Assembly (NCBI GenBank): GCA_964236265.1
Contig: CAXSDE010000010.1
Location: forward strand, 2,826-66,825
Direction of reading: 5' to 3'
Length of the DNA stretch: 64,000 nt
Source of the DNA: an uncultured bacterium
GTDB lineage: Bacteria; Actinomycetota; Actinomycetes; JAVEEB01
Part shown: positions 32,801 through 41,938 of the stretch, piece by piece
Layout: each line of letters starts with the position of its first letter
Position numbering within the stretch: the stretch's first letter is position 1
Notes under the pieces: model-generated
The model's input: only the letters and a program-made list of their open reading frames with translations
What the model was told of the DNA's origin: nothing
Database searches by the model: none
Translations under genes and position numbers: made by a program

Positions 32801-32957
32801 CCGCCCCCGGAGCCGGGAGATTACTGACCGTCCGTGTTGGCCGAGAGCGGTCCGTGAGGGTCGGTTCGCCCGTCCGGGCGGAGTAGCTGACGTGACCGAA
32901 ATAGGCACCCATTTGGCCTAGACGGTGCCCTGGCCCGGAGTTATCGTCCCCGCCAAG

Positions 32958-32973
32958 TTGGAAACGTTTCCGG
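32958..32973. promoter_or_regulatory. LacI-type operator: perfect 12-bp palindrome GGAAACGTTTCC (extended TTGGAAACGTTTCCGG)
   Basis: Lies between the LacI gene and the secreted glycosidase gene, ~40 bp upstream of its start. Matches the generic LacI-family operator form TGnAAnCGnTTnCA. Confidence 0.55.
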
Positions 32974-33009
32974 CCCTCGGGGGATCCATCAGGAAAGGAC
33001 CCGCATCGC

Positions 33010-34878
33010 ATGTTCACGACTCCCGCACCCCGCGGATCGCGACACGACGGGCGGCGCCGCTCCAGCCGCGCGCTCGTCGGCGGCATCGCGCTCGCCACTG
33101 CAGTCTCGACGATGGGCACGGCCTACGCCGCTCCCGCCACGGCGCAGATCGCCGCCGCGCCCAACTTCGGCCCCAACGTCAAGGTCTTCGACCCCACCAT
33201 GCCCCAGTCGGACATCCAGGCCGCCATCGACGCGATCTTCACCCAGCAGGTCGACAACGAGATGGGCACCCCGCGCTACTCCCTCTTGTTCAAGCCGGGC
33301 ACCTACGGCAGCACCGCGAACCCGCTCGACATCCAGGTCGGCTACTACACCGAGGTCGCCGGCCTCGGCCAGAACCCGGGAGATGTCACGATCAACGGCG
33401 GCGTCACCGCGTACGGCCACAACGGCAGTGGGTCGCTCAACACGTTCTGGCGCTCCGTGTCCAACCTGACCGTCCACGTGGTCCCGACCGCCGATGGCTG
33501 TCACACGGGCAACGAGATGTGGGCCGTGTCGCAGGCAGCGCCGATGCGCCGCGTGGACGTCAAGGACTACACCACCTTCATGCCGTACTGCGAAAACCCC
33601 AACTACGCGAGCGGCGGCTTCGTCGCCGACTCCTTCCTCGAGGGTGGCGCGCTCAACGGCTCGCAGCAGCAGTTCTACGTGCGCAACACCGACCTCGGCG
33701 GCGGCTGGTCCAACTACGTGTGGAACCAGGTCTTCTCCGGTGACGTGCACGCGCCGGCGCAGGACTTCGGCCGTGTCGCGGCAGACGGCACGACGACGGC
33801 CTACACGACACTCACCGCGACGCCCGCGTCGAAGGAGCGCCCGTACCTGTACATCGACGCCGCCAATGAGTGGCGCGTGTTCGTGCCGTCCGCGCAGACG
33901 AACAGTGTCGGCACGACGTGGGCCAACGGCCCCACGCCGGGCAGGTCACTGCCGCTGAGCGCGTTCTTCCTCGTCACCGGGAGCACCTACGCCGTGGACG
34001 CGCAGGCCGCGCTCGACCGTGGCATGAACCTGCTCGTCACGCCGGGCGTCTACACCTACGACCGCACGCTCGCGGTCACGCGGAGCAACACCGTGGTCCT
34101 GGGCCTGGGCTTCGCGACGCTGACCGCGAAGAAGGGCAACGTCATCCTCCAGACCGCCAACAGCGCTGAGGGTGTCGACATCGCCGGCCTCACGTTCGAC
34201 GCGGGCCTGGTCAACTCCCCCGTGCTCGTGAAGATCGGTTCGAAGGCGGAGGCGGGCCGCGGCTCGGCCGCCAACCCGACCGCGCTGCAGGACGTGTTCT
34301 TCCGCATCGGCGGGGCGCACATCGGCAAGGCGACGGTCAGCCTCGAGGTCAACCAGAACAACACCATCCTCGACGACATCTGGGCCTGGCGCGCGGACCA
34401 CGGCGTTCCGGGCACGGTCGGCTGGGACATCAACACCGCCGACACCGGCGTCGTCGTCAACGGTGCCGACGTCACCGCCACGGGGCTGTTCGTCGAGCAC
34501 TACCAGAAGTTCGACGTGATCTGGAACGGCGAGGGTGGCACCACCGTGTTCTTCCAGAACGAGCTCCCCTACGACGCCCCCAACCAGGCTGCCTACCAGC
34601 ACGACGGCATCCTCGGCTACGCGGCGTTCAAGGTCGCCGACACCGTGAAGACGTTCCAGGGTTACGGCATGGGCAGCTACGTGTTCACGCCCGTCGACCC
34701 GACGATCCACATCTCGCACTCGTACGAGGTGCCGGTGACCCCGGGCGTGCAGCTGCACGACATCCTCACGCTCTGCCTGTCCGGCGCGGGCACGATCGAC
34801 CATGTGGTCAACAGCACCGGCGGCCCGGCGAACGACGCCAACAAGGACACCATCGTGTCCGTCGTCAGCTTCCCGTGA
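33010..34878 (+). CDS. Tat-secreted right-handed beta-helix (pectate-lyase-fold) glycoside-hydrolase-like protein; GH55/GH49/GH28-type candidate, family not resolved
   Basis: RRRSSRALVGGIALATAVS twin-arginine signal. An N-terminal Pectate_lyase_3-like segment (SDIQAAIDAIFTQQ...PGTYGS). 622 aa, with a repetitive Gly/Asn/Thr-rich beta-helix-like composition. Confidence 0.6.
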   Translation: MFTTPAPRGSRHDGRRRSSRALVGGIALATAVSTMGTAYAAPATAQIAAAPNFGPNVKVFDPTMPQSDIQAAIDAIFTQQVDNEMGTPRYSLLFKPGTYGSTANPLDIQVGYYTEVAGLGQNPGDVTINGGVTAYGHNGSGSLNTFWRSVSNLTVHVVPTADGCHTGNEMWAVSQAAPMRRVDVKDYTTFMPYCENPNYASGGFVADSFLEGGALNGSQQQFYVRNTDLGGGWSNYVWNQVFSGDVHAPAQDFGRVAADGTTTAYTTLTATPASKERPYLYIDAANEWRVFVPSAQTNSVGTTWANGPTPGRSLPLSAFFLVTGSTYAVDAQAALDRGMNLLVTPGVYTYDRTLAVTRSNTVVLGLGFATLTAKKGNVILQTANSAEGVDIAGLTFDAGLVNSPVLVKIGSKAEAGRGSAANPTALQDVFFRIGGAHIGKATVSLEVNQNNTILDDIWAWRADHGVPGTVGWDINTADTGVVVNGADVTATGLFVEHYQKFDVIWNGEGGTTVFFQNELPYDAPNQAAYQHDGILGYAAFKVADTVKTFQGYGMGSYVFTPVDPTIHISHSYEVPVTPGVQLHDILTLCLSGAGTIDHVVNSTGGPANDANKDTIVSVVSFP

Positions 34879-34915
34879 CTCCGACGGGCACGTTGCCGGC
34901 ACGACGCGCGTAGGC

Positions 34916-34949
34916 CTGGTGGGTCGGAGCGGCCGCTCCGACCCACCAG
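34916..34949 (+). terminator. Perfect 34-bp palindrome (CTGGTGGGTCGGAGCGGCCGCTCCGACCCACCAG) 38 nt after the stop codon; intrinsic-terminator-like hairpin
   Basis: 15-bp GC-rich stem with a 4-nt loop (GGCC). Confidence 0.6.
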
Positions 34950-34959
34950 TCGCTCCATC

Positions 34960-35790
34960 GACGACAGGACTTCCCATCGCCTCCGCAGCCGCCATCGGGG
35001 CGCCGTCGCCCGACCTCGGTCCGCACGTCACCGTCTTCGGTCCGGATGATGCGCTCGAGTTCATCCAGAGCACCGTCGACGCGCTCGCCGCCCGGCAGGT
35101 CCCGGCCGAGATGGGCACCGGGCGACATGCGCTGCTCTTCAGGCCGGGCACCTACGCATCCGCCGAGCAGCCGCTCGTCTTCCAGGTGGGCTATTACACC
35201 GAGGTGGCCGGGCTCGGTCTGTCGCCGGAGGATGTCGTCATCAACGGGCGCATCGATGTCCACAACCAGCGCACCGCTTCCGGCTGGGTCGCGCTCAACA
35301 ACTTCTGGCGGTCGATCTCCAACCTGACGATCACCGTCATGGGCCGGCGGCGGCATCTCCGGGTCCCAGCAGCAGTTCCTGACGCGGGACTCGGTCATCG
35401 GGAGTGGGCGCACGCCGTGTGGAACCAGTTTTCGCCGGCGTCGACGGTGCCCCCGAGCCCACCTTCGGGACAGTCCTCGGTCAGGGCACCGACGGCGAGG
35501 TCGCGTACGACCGCGCGTTCACCGTGCTGCCGACGAATCCGGTCAGCCGCGTGAAGCCGTAGCTCTCCATCGACGGCTCCGGCGACCTCCACGTCTTCGC
35601 ACCGGCTCCGCGTCGCGAGTCGAGAGGACCGTCGTGGGTGAGCGGTCCGACCCCCGGCCGCACCGTGCCGCTCAGTGAGTTCTTCCTCGCGGCACCCGCG
35701 CATCCCGTCGCCGATCTCAACAAGGCCCTCGCCGCCGGCAAGCACCTCCTGCTGACGCCCGGCGTCCACGACATCGACGACGTTTCCGAT
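34960..35790 (+). pseudogene. Decayed tandem paralog of the upstream beta-helix glycosidase-like gene (frameshifted and truncated)
   Basis: ORF 34802..35554 contains GPHVTVFGPDDALEFIQSTVDALAARQVPAEMGTGRHALLFRPGTYAS...QVGYYTEVAGLGLSPEDVVINGRIDVHNQ (paralogous to 33160-33500). ORF 35638..36180 contains GPTPGRTVPLSEFFLAAPAHPVADLNKALAAGKHLLLTPGVHDIDDV (paralogous to ~33930-34070). The frames are broken and the rest of the gene is absent. Confidence 0.65.
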
Positions 35791-35958
35791 GCCTCCGGGG
35801 ACCGTACGCTCGCAGCTTGTCGATGCGGAAGACTTCTCGCCAGGAACTTTCGCGAGGTGTCGGCTGTGCCGACACACGCCGGGCAGGGCACGCCGGTCGC
35901 GGCGCCCGTGACCGATTGCGGAACTATCTCCTCGGGGCCCCCTGGGCGCCCTGCACGC

Positions 35959-37431
35959 CTACGGGGTGGGTGCCAGCCAGTGGAGCAGCGTCCGCACGGC
36001 GTAGCCGGTCGCGCCTTTCGTCGCCTCGTCCTCGTCCCGGTCGGCGCGCGCGGGGCCGGCCATGTCGAGGTGGGCCCACGGGACGCCCCCGGCGAACTCG
36101 CGCAGATAGAGCGCCGCCACGATCGACCCGCCGTTGACCGAAGGGTCGGTGCCGATGTTGGACAGGTCGGCGATAGGTGAGTCGAGTGTGAAGCGGTAGT
36201 CCTCGACCAACGGCATGCGCCACCAACGCTCCCCGGAGGCCGCCGCCGCGGCGAGCAGCTCGGCGGCGAGCGCCTCGTCCGTGGCGTAGAAAGCGGCGTG
36301 GCGCTTGCCGAGGCCGAGCGTCGCCGCCCCGGTCAGCGTCGCGAGGTCGACGATCGCGTCCGGCGCGAGCTCGGCCACCGCGAAGGCGATCGCATCCGCC
36401 AGCACCAGTCGGCCCTCGGCATCGGTGTTGAGCACCTCGGACATCTTGCCGCCGAAATGTCGCAGCACATCTCCCGGGCGCAAGGCCGCACCGGACGGCA
36501 TGTTTTCCGCCGCCGCGACGAGCCCGGTGACGGCAACGGTCGAGCCGAGGCCCCGCAGGGCGCTCAGCACCGCCAGGACGCTCGCGCCGCCCGACATGTC
36601 GGTCTTCATCAGTGGCATGCCGTCGGCCGGCTTGATCGACAGACCACCCGAATCGAACGTGATGCCCTTGCCGACGAGCACCACGTGCCGGGTGGCCCCC
36701 GCGGGCCGGTAGGACAGTTGGATGAGCCGCGGTGGGAGCACCGAGCCCATCCCGACGCCGACGATGCCGCCGAAGCCGTCGGCCGCGAGCTCCTCGGCGT
36801 CCCAGACCCGCAGCTCCAGGCCCGACTCGCCGGCGATCCGCGCCGCCTCGTCGGCGAGCGACTGGGGGCTCTTGTGCCCGGACGGTGTGTTGGCGAGGTC
36901 ACGCGACAGCGCGACAGCCGCGGACCGCGTGGCGGCAGCGGCGACGAGCGGCCCGGCGACGACCAAGTCATCGACGACGAACGCGATCTCGGCGAGCTCG
37001 ATGGGCTTGGGCTCGGACTTCATCGTGAACCGGTAGGACGCGAGCTGCACCGCCTCCACGAACGTGCCGAGCTGCCCGCCGTCGAGGACCCGGGCGTCGA
37101 CCTGGAGGCGTTTGTGGTCCCGCGACCGGCGGGCCACCGCGGCGCCGGCCTTCCGGAGGGCGCCCGGAGCGCCGTCGCCGCCGATGCCCACGAAGAGGAT
37201 CAGGCGGACGCCGTCGTCAGCGTACGTCGGGAGGCTGGACAGGTCACCCGGGGCGCCGGTGAACTTGTCGCGTGCCAATTGAGCCGGGATGTCGACCGTC
37301 GACAGGGCAGCCACTTCGGCCGCAACAGCGAAGGGCTCCCCATCGCCGGGCGGCCGCAGCAACACGGCGACGACGTCACAGTCGCAGGCGAGCACGCCGG
37401 CATCGACGACGTGGACGGTGTTGGTCAGCAC
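35959..37431 (-). CDS. pepA: Leucyl aminopeptidase (M17 family)
   Basis: NTDAEGRLVLADAL active-site motif; VGKGITFDSGGLSIKP. Confidence 0.95.
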   Translation of the reverse strand: MLTNTVHVVDAGVLACDCDVVAVLLRPPGDGEPFAVAAEVAALSTVDIPAQLARDKFTGAPGDLSSLPTYADDGVRLILFVGIGGDGAPGALRKAGAAVARRSRDHKRLQVDARVLDGGQLGTFVEAVQLASYRFTMKSEPKPIELAEIAFVVDDLVVAGPLVAAAATRSAAVALSRDLANTPSGHKSPQSLADEAARIAGESGLELRVWDAEELAADGFGGIVGVGMGSVLPPRLIQLSYRPAGATRHVVLVGKGITFDSGGLSIKPADGMPLMKTDMSGGASVLAVLSALRGLGSTVAVTGLVAAAENMPSGAALRPGDVLRHFGGKMSEVLNTDAEGRLVLADAIAFAVAELAPDAIVDLATLTGAATLGLGKRHAAFYATDEALAAELLAAAAASGERWWRMPLVEDYRFTLDSPIADLSNIGTDPSVNGGSIVAALYLREFAGGVPWAHLDMAGPARADRDEDEATKGATGYAVRTLLHWLAPTP

Positions 37432-37546
37432 GAGGTCGGCACCCGTGCCGCGCGAGGTCGCCTCCCGGCCTGGACGGCACGTCCGGACACGGGGCGATGG
37501 GGGCTCAACATGCGGAGGCGGCGATCAGGGTCGCGAGCGACGCTGG

Positions 37547-37714
37547 TCAGCCGACGGCGGAATTGAGGGCTTCGCCGAGCGACGTCGCCTCATCGGGGGT
37601 GAGTTCGACGACGAGCCGGCCGCCACCCTCGAGCGGGACGCGCATGACGATGCCGCGACCCTCTTTGGTGACTTCCAGCGGACCGTCGCCAGTCCGCGGC
37701 TTCATCGCCGCCAT
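37547..37714 (-). CDS. DUF3117 small conserved actinobacterial protein (Mtb Rv1211 homolog)
   Basis: MAAMKPRTGDGPLEVTKEGRGIVMRVPLEGGGRLVVELTPDEATSLGEALNSAVG is near-identical to Rv1211. Confidence 0.85.
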   Translation of the reverse strand: MAAMKPRTGDGPLEVTKEGRGIVMRVPLEGGGRLVVELTPDEATSLGEALNSAVG

Positions 37715-37781
37715 GCTGACTCCCCTCGATCGAATGCCTGATGCGAACTCCATTGTCCCTGATGAATCGATGATCGGGAAA

Positions 37782-38354
37782 TCAGGGCACCCGGAGGGCC
37801 TCTCGGGCGACGCAACCAGCCGCGTGATCGTCGACCATGCCCGTCGCCTGCATGAGCGCGTAGGCGGTCGTGGGCCCGACGAACCGGAACCCTCGGGCCC
37901 GCAAATCGGCCGCCAGCGCCTCGGACTCCGCCGACGTGGTGCGCCCGTCGGCCGGGGCCGCGGCCGGGTTCGGCGCGAACGACCATAGGTGCTCGGACAG
38001 ACCGCCCGGCAGGTCGAGGGACAGTTGGGCATTGCGGATCACTGCGAGGATCTTCGCGCGGTTGCGCACGATGCCGGCGTCGGCCAGCAGCCGCTCCACG
38101 TCACTGTCGTCGTACGACGCGATCCTTTCGATGCTGAACCCGTCGAACGCTGCCCGAAAGGCCTCCCTCTTGCGCAGGACCACGATCCAGGACAGGCCGG
38201 ACTGGAACGACTCGAGCGCCAGCCGTTCGAAGAGGGCGTCGTCGCCGCGCAGCACGCGTCCCCACTCGTCGTCGTGGTAGCGGACGTATTCCGGGGCGCT
38301 GGTCACCCAGCTGCAGCGCAGGACCCCGTCGGGGCCCGGAAGCGGATCTGTCAT
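37782..38354 (-). CDS. tag: DNA-3-methyladenine glycosylase I
   Basis: Start MTDPLPGPDGVLRCSW. Conserved YHDDEWG and ERLALESFQSGLSWI motifs. Syntenic with Mtb Rv1210. Confidence 0.9.
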   Translation of the reverse strand: MTDPLPGPDGVLRCSWVTSAPEYVRYHDDEWGRVLRGDDALFERLALESFQSGLSWIVVLRKREAFRAAFDGFSIERIASYDDSDVERLLADAGIVRNRAKILAVIRNAQLSLDLPGGLSEHLWSFAPNPAAAPADGRTTSAESEALAADLRARGFRFVGPTTAYALMQATGMVDDHAAGCVAREALRVP

Positions 38355-38507
38355 GACACGACCGTAGGCGCGCGCGCCGTCGGGTGCTCCGGTCGGCACG
38401 GCGGCTGTGGACAGCCGCGGCCTGTGGACACGGAGTGATCTGCGTAACAAAAACCCGGACTGACCGACGAGGCCGTGCAGCGCGCCGACGGAACTGCGCC
38501 GCGCGAG

Positions 38508-38981
38508 TCAGCCTGAGGGCTTCACTTTCGCAACCAACTGACCACTGTGCAGGCGTGCGTCGATGTCCTGCAGCGAGGTGCGCAGGTTAGGCAGCGGGAC
38601 GCGCAACCCCCGCTTGTAACGGACCTCCACGCTTGCAAGGTGCATTTGCTCGTAGATCGTCCCGACTGCCGGGTACAGCAGGCCCACCAGTTCGTTGACC
38701 CCCCACACTTTCTCCGGCGGGTCGATGGGTCGGAACCGACCATGGTGACCAGTCGCGTCGCGAGCACCTGGTGTCAGGAACCTGTGCTTCGCTGTGCAGA
38801 GTTGGCCGTCGTCGAAGATCGGGTCCGCAAGAAACGCCGCCTTGACGACGTGGTAGGCCGCGTAGAAGAGCGGAACTGCAGCCCACTCATGCTTCACATC
38901 GGCCAAGGTCTCACCAATCTGCCTGTGATAAGCCGTCCGCGAGACATGCTCGTCGTAGGTTAGTGCCGGCCCTCCAGCCAT
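38508..38981 (-). CDS. Hypothetical basic protein (157 aa) in a lower-GC cassette; possible toxin component (contains an Rx4H-like motif, RDATGHH)
   Basis: The ATG lies 2 nt after the stop of the upstream ORF (TAGgcATG). Local GC is ~57% versus ~70% in the flanks. No recognised family. Confidence 0.5.
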   Translation of the reverse strand: MAGGPALTYDEHVSRTAYHRQIGETLADVKHEWAAVPLFYAAYHVVKAAFLADPIFDDGQLCTAKHRFLTPGARDATGHHGRFRPIDPPEKVWGVNELVGLLYPAVGTIYEQMHLASVEVRYKRGLRVPLPNLRTSLQDIDARLHSGQLVAKVKPSG

Positions 38982-38983
38982 GC

Positions 38984-39403
38984 CTAAGCGAAGACAGACT
39001 CTAGGACAGGGTAGGCAGCCGAAGGGTCCTCGGACAGGCACTCCTCGAAGCTGAATTCGAGCGCCAGCTCGTCCAGGAACATGATCCTGACCTCAGCGAG
39101 TTTGTCCAGGGCGGCACTACGGTTTTCCCATGTGTCGGGGTCAAGCGTGAGCGTGAGGCGCGCGAAGCCGAGGCTAGGGTCTGCCAGCACCTGGATGTGG
39201 GTGAAGGGAACAGTGCCCTTCAGGTTGTCCAAAGTCCACTCGCCCAGAGAAACGACGGTTGCTCTAAAGCTGTCTGGGGACGCCATAGCTAGTCCCATCC
39301 CCCCAAGCGAGCCTGAGCAACAGCTATCGGCTCTGCGCGCAACAACATTGAGCTCTTCATCGAAGTAGGCATCTGGGTCAAAGGTAGCAGAGCTACTCAG
39401 CAC
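38984..39403 (-). CDS. Hypothetical acidic protein (139 aa) in a lower-GC cassette; possible antitoxin/immunity component
   Basis: D/E-rich (FDPDAYFDEELNVV...). Tightly coupled to the downstream 157-aa ORF. Not recognised. Confidence 0.5.
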   Translation of the reverse strand: MLSSSATFDPDAYFDEELNVVARRADSCCSGSLGGMGLAMASPDSFRATVVSLGEWTLDNLKGTVPFTHIQVLADPSLGFARLTLTLDPDTWENRSAALDKLAEVRIMFLDELALEFSFEECLSEDPSAAYPVLESVFA

Positions 39404-39576
39404 TCACCATCTGAGTTTCCTGAGGGCCTCCAGATAGCGGCATGGCGCCCGGGATCTGTGGAAAACCTGGTTGCCAGTCAAACATCGCCCCCACGGGGGC
39501 AGCCGGTGGACACCGGCTGGAAACGGGATCCCGCCTGGAGACGGGTGCCACGCGGCGGGCACGGGCGTCCGAGCGC

Positions 39577-40236
39577 CTATCCGCGCAGCGGGTCCGAGCG
39601 GTCCAGCGGGTCCGAGCGGTCCAGCGGGACGAGAGGGTCGGCTACGCCCTCGCGATACGCGTCGCCTGGCCGGTGGGCGTGCTCGTCGGGGCCACCGGGA
39701 GGCGTGTAGCCGCCAAGATAGGGGGCCTCGGCGACAGGATGCTGGTCGTACGACGGCTGCGCGGGCTGGTCGTAAGACGCCTGCGCGGGTTGGTCGTAAG
39801 ACGCCTGCGCGGGCTGGTCGTAGGACGGCTGCGCGGGCTGGTCGGACGACGGCTGCACCGGCTCGTCGGACGACGGCTGCACCGGCTCGTCGGACGACGG
39901 CTGCGCCGCGAGCGGCGTCCCCCCGGCACCTGCCCGCAGACGGCTGATCTCGGCGTCACGGACGGAGATCTCCGTGGAGAGGCGGTCGAGCACCTCGTCG
40001 ACCTCGTCCATGCGGTAGCCGCGCAGGGCCATGCTGAACCGGACCGCCTCGATGTCGGCGCCAGCTATCCCGTCGGCCGGCAGCACCGGCCCGCGGCGGT
40101 CGGGCAGGGTCTCGGAGAGCGAGCTCCCGTGGCCGACGGCGACGGCCGCGACGCCGAAGAGCAGGCCGGCGAGCAGTAGTACGGCGAGGACGAGCACAGC
40201 CACTCCCAGGTCGAGGTACGTATGCGATCGTGCCAC
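39577..40236 (-). CDS. DivIVA-domain membrane protein with C-terminal Pro/Gln/Ser-rich tandem 8-aa repeats
   Basis: N-terminal TM segment. DivIVA motif FSMALRGYRMDEVDEVLDRL. Repeats QPSSDEPV x2 and QPAQ(A/P)SYD x4, encoded by seven 24-bp DNA repeats (39760-39910). Confidence 0.7.
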   Translation of the reverse strand: MARSHTYLDLGVAVLVLAVLLLAGLLFGVAAVAVGHGSSLSETLPDRRGPVLPADGIAGADIEAVRFSMALRGYRMDEVDEVLDRLSTEISVRDAEISRLRAGAGGTPLAAQPSSDEPVQPSSDEPVQPSSDQPAQPSYDQPAQASYDQPAQASYDQPAQPSYDQHPVAEAPYLGGYTPPGGPDEHAHRPGDAYREGVADPLVPLDRSDPLDRSDPLRG

Positions 40237-40296
40237 GCTGGGCGGCGTACGCGTGGCCCGGCGCCACCGCCCGGCGCCACGGCCCGGCTCAGCACG

Positions 40297-40887
40297 TCAG
40301 ACCTCGCTCTCGAGCACTTCCTCCTCGTCCGCCTCGCGAGCCGGGCCGGGGCGACGCTCGAGCGCGGCGAACGCGGCCGGCACGGACTCCGTCCAGCTGA
40401 CCTGCTCGGCGACCTCGCGGCGCATGAACCGCTGCTCCACCAGAGTCTCGATCTGCCGGCGGAGCGGGGCGTAGAGGCCTTGCGGGTCGCAGATGACGAC
40501 GGGCCGGTCGTGCCAGCCGAGTCCGCGGGCCGTCCAGATCTCGAAGAGCTCCTCGAACGTCCCGATGCCGCCGGCGAGCACGAGGAACGCATCGGCGCGC
40601 TCGTCCATCTCCCGCTTCCGCTCGCGCATCGTCGGCGCGACGATCAGCTCGTCGCAGTCGTCGTCGGCGATCTCCACGGCGGCGAGCGACTCCGGGATCA
40701 CCCCGATCGTGTGTGCGCCGGTCTCGCGCGCGCCGCGGGCGACGGCGCCCATCGACGAGATGCTGCCACCACCGGAGACCAGCGTGTGGCCACGGCGGCC
40801 GAGCTCGCGGCCCACCTCGGCGGCGAAGTCGACGTACACCGGGTCGATCCTCGTGCTCGAGGCGCAGTAGACGCAGATCGTTGCCAT
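40297..40887 (-). CDS. LOG family protein (cytokinin riboside 5-prime-monophosphate phosphoribohydrolase-type, TIGR00730)
   Basis: ICVYCAS...GGGSISSMGAVARGA...PGGIGTFEELFE motifs. Confidence 0.9.
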   Translation of the reverse strand: MATICVYCASSTRIDPVYVDFAAEVGRELGRRGHTLVSGGGSISSMGAVARGARETGAHTIGVIPESLAAVEIADDDCDELIVAPTMRERKREMDERADAFLVLAGGIGTFEELFEIWTARGLGWHDRPVVICDPQGLYAPLRRQIETLVEQRFMRREVAEQVSWTESVPAAFAALERRPGPAREADEEEVLESEV

Positions 40888-40933
40888 GACCGTCAGAGCT
40901 TATCGACGCCGGCCGTCCGGACGCCCGCCAATG

Positions 40934-41842
40934 TCAGTGACCAAGCCCGTTGTGGCTGACGGGGAGCCACTCGGCCTGCTCGCTGTGCACCTCGAGAATG
41001 TGCCGCACGGCGTCGTCGACGTCGTCGGTGACATACATGAGGGCGATGTCGTCGAGGGCGATCTTCTTCGACGGCGCGACGGTGTCACGGAGCCAGGAGA
41101 TGAGGCCGTTCCAGTACGAAGAGTTGAACAGGACAACGGGAAAGCGCGTCACCTTGCCGGTCTGCACGAGCGTCAATGCCTCGAAGAGCTCGTCGAAGGT
41201 CCCGAACCCGCCCGGCATGACGACGAACGCCTGTGCGTACTTGACGAACATCGTCTTGCGTGCAAAGAAATAACGGAACTGCAGGCCGATGTCGACGTAG
41301 TCGTTGAGCCCTTGCTCGAAGGGCAGCTCGATGCCGAGCCCGATGGACGTGCCGTCGTTGTCGCTCGCACCCTTGTTGGCAGCCTCCATGATGCCGGGAC
41401 CGCCGCCCGTGATGATCGCGTAGTCCTTGTCCGTGAGGAGCTTGGCGATGCGCTCCGCCGCGAGATAGTCGGGGTCGGCCGGATCCGTACGGGCAGAACC
41501 GAAGATGCTCACCGCCTTGCCTGTTCCCGCGAGCAGCCCGAAGCCCTCGACGAACTCCGCCTGAATGCGCAGGACGCGCCACGGGTCGGTGTGGACCCAG
41601 TCGCCGTCACCCTTGTTGTCCAGGAGCCGCTGGTCGGTGGTGCTGCCCTTGTCGCCGTGCGCCTGCTGGCGCCGCAGGACGACCGGACCGCGCCGCTTCT
41701 CGGGGACGGCATGGCTTGGCGAGGCGGCGCTCGAGTGCGTCGCGCGTTCGAGCTCCTCGTGGGAGTGGGTCTCGGCGGCCTCGTGCTCCTGGGCGGTCGA
41801 GGCACCGCTGGTGTCGTCATTCATGTGGTCCACGGTAGTCAT
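40934..41842 (-). CDS. LOG family protein, long form (Rv1205-like) with N-terminal extension
   Basis: VSIFGSART...IITGGGPGIMEAANKGA...MPGGFGTFDELFE. Confidence 0.9.
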   Translation of the reverse strand: MTTVDHMNDDTSGASTAQEHEAAETHSHEELERATHSSAASPSHAVPEKRRGPVVLRRQQAHGDKGSTTDQRLLDNKGDGDWVHTDPWRVLRIQAEFVEGFGLLAGTGKAVSIFGSARTDPADPDYLAAERIAKLLTDKDYAIITGGGPGIMEAANKGASDNDGTSIGLGIELPFEQGLNDYVDIGLQFRYFFARKTMFVKYAQAFVVMPGGFGTFDELFEALTLVQTGKVTRFPVVLFNSSYWNGLISWLRDTVAPSKKIALDDIALMYVTDDVDDAVRHILEVHSEQAEWLPVSHNGLGH

Positions 41843-41938
41843 GTCGGCCGATCATCGACTGGGCGTTAGCCCTCCGACGCAGGAATCCTTGGCAAACAAT
41901 GGGCGTCCGCCCCGATCGCGGCGGGTAGAGGCGGCCGC

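Noticed and set aside
38982-39041. N-terminal extension of the 177-aa ORF (MPVRGPFGCLPCPRVCLRLG)
   Set aside because: It overlaps the upstream acidic ORF in another frame. The ATG at 38981 sits 2 nt after that ORF's stop, which fits translational coupling.
39720-39910. Regular 24-bp DNA repeats; considered CRISPR or VNTR
   Set aside because: They lie inside the DivIVA-domain ORF and encode in-frame QPAQxSYD peptide repeats. These are coding repeats.
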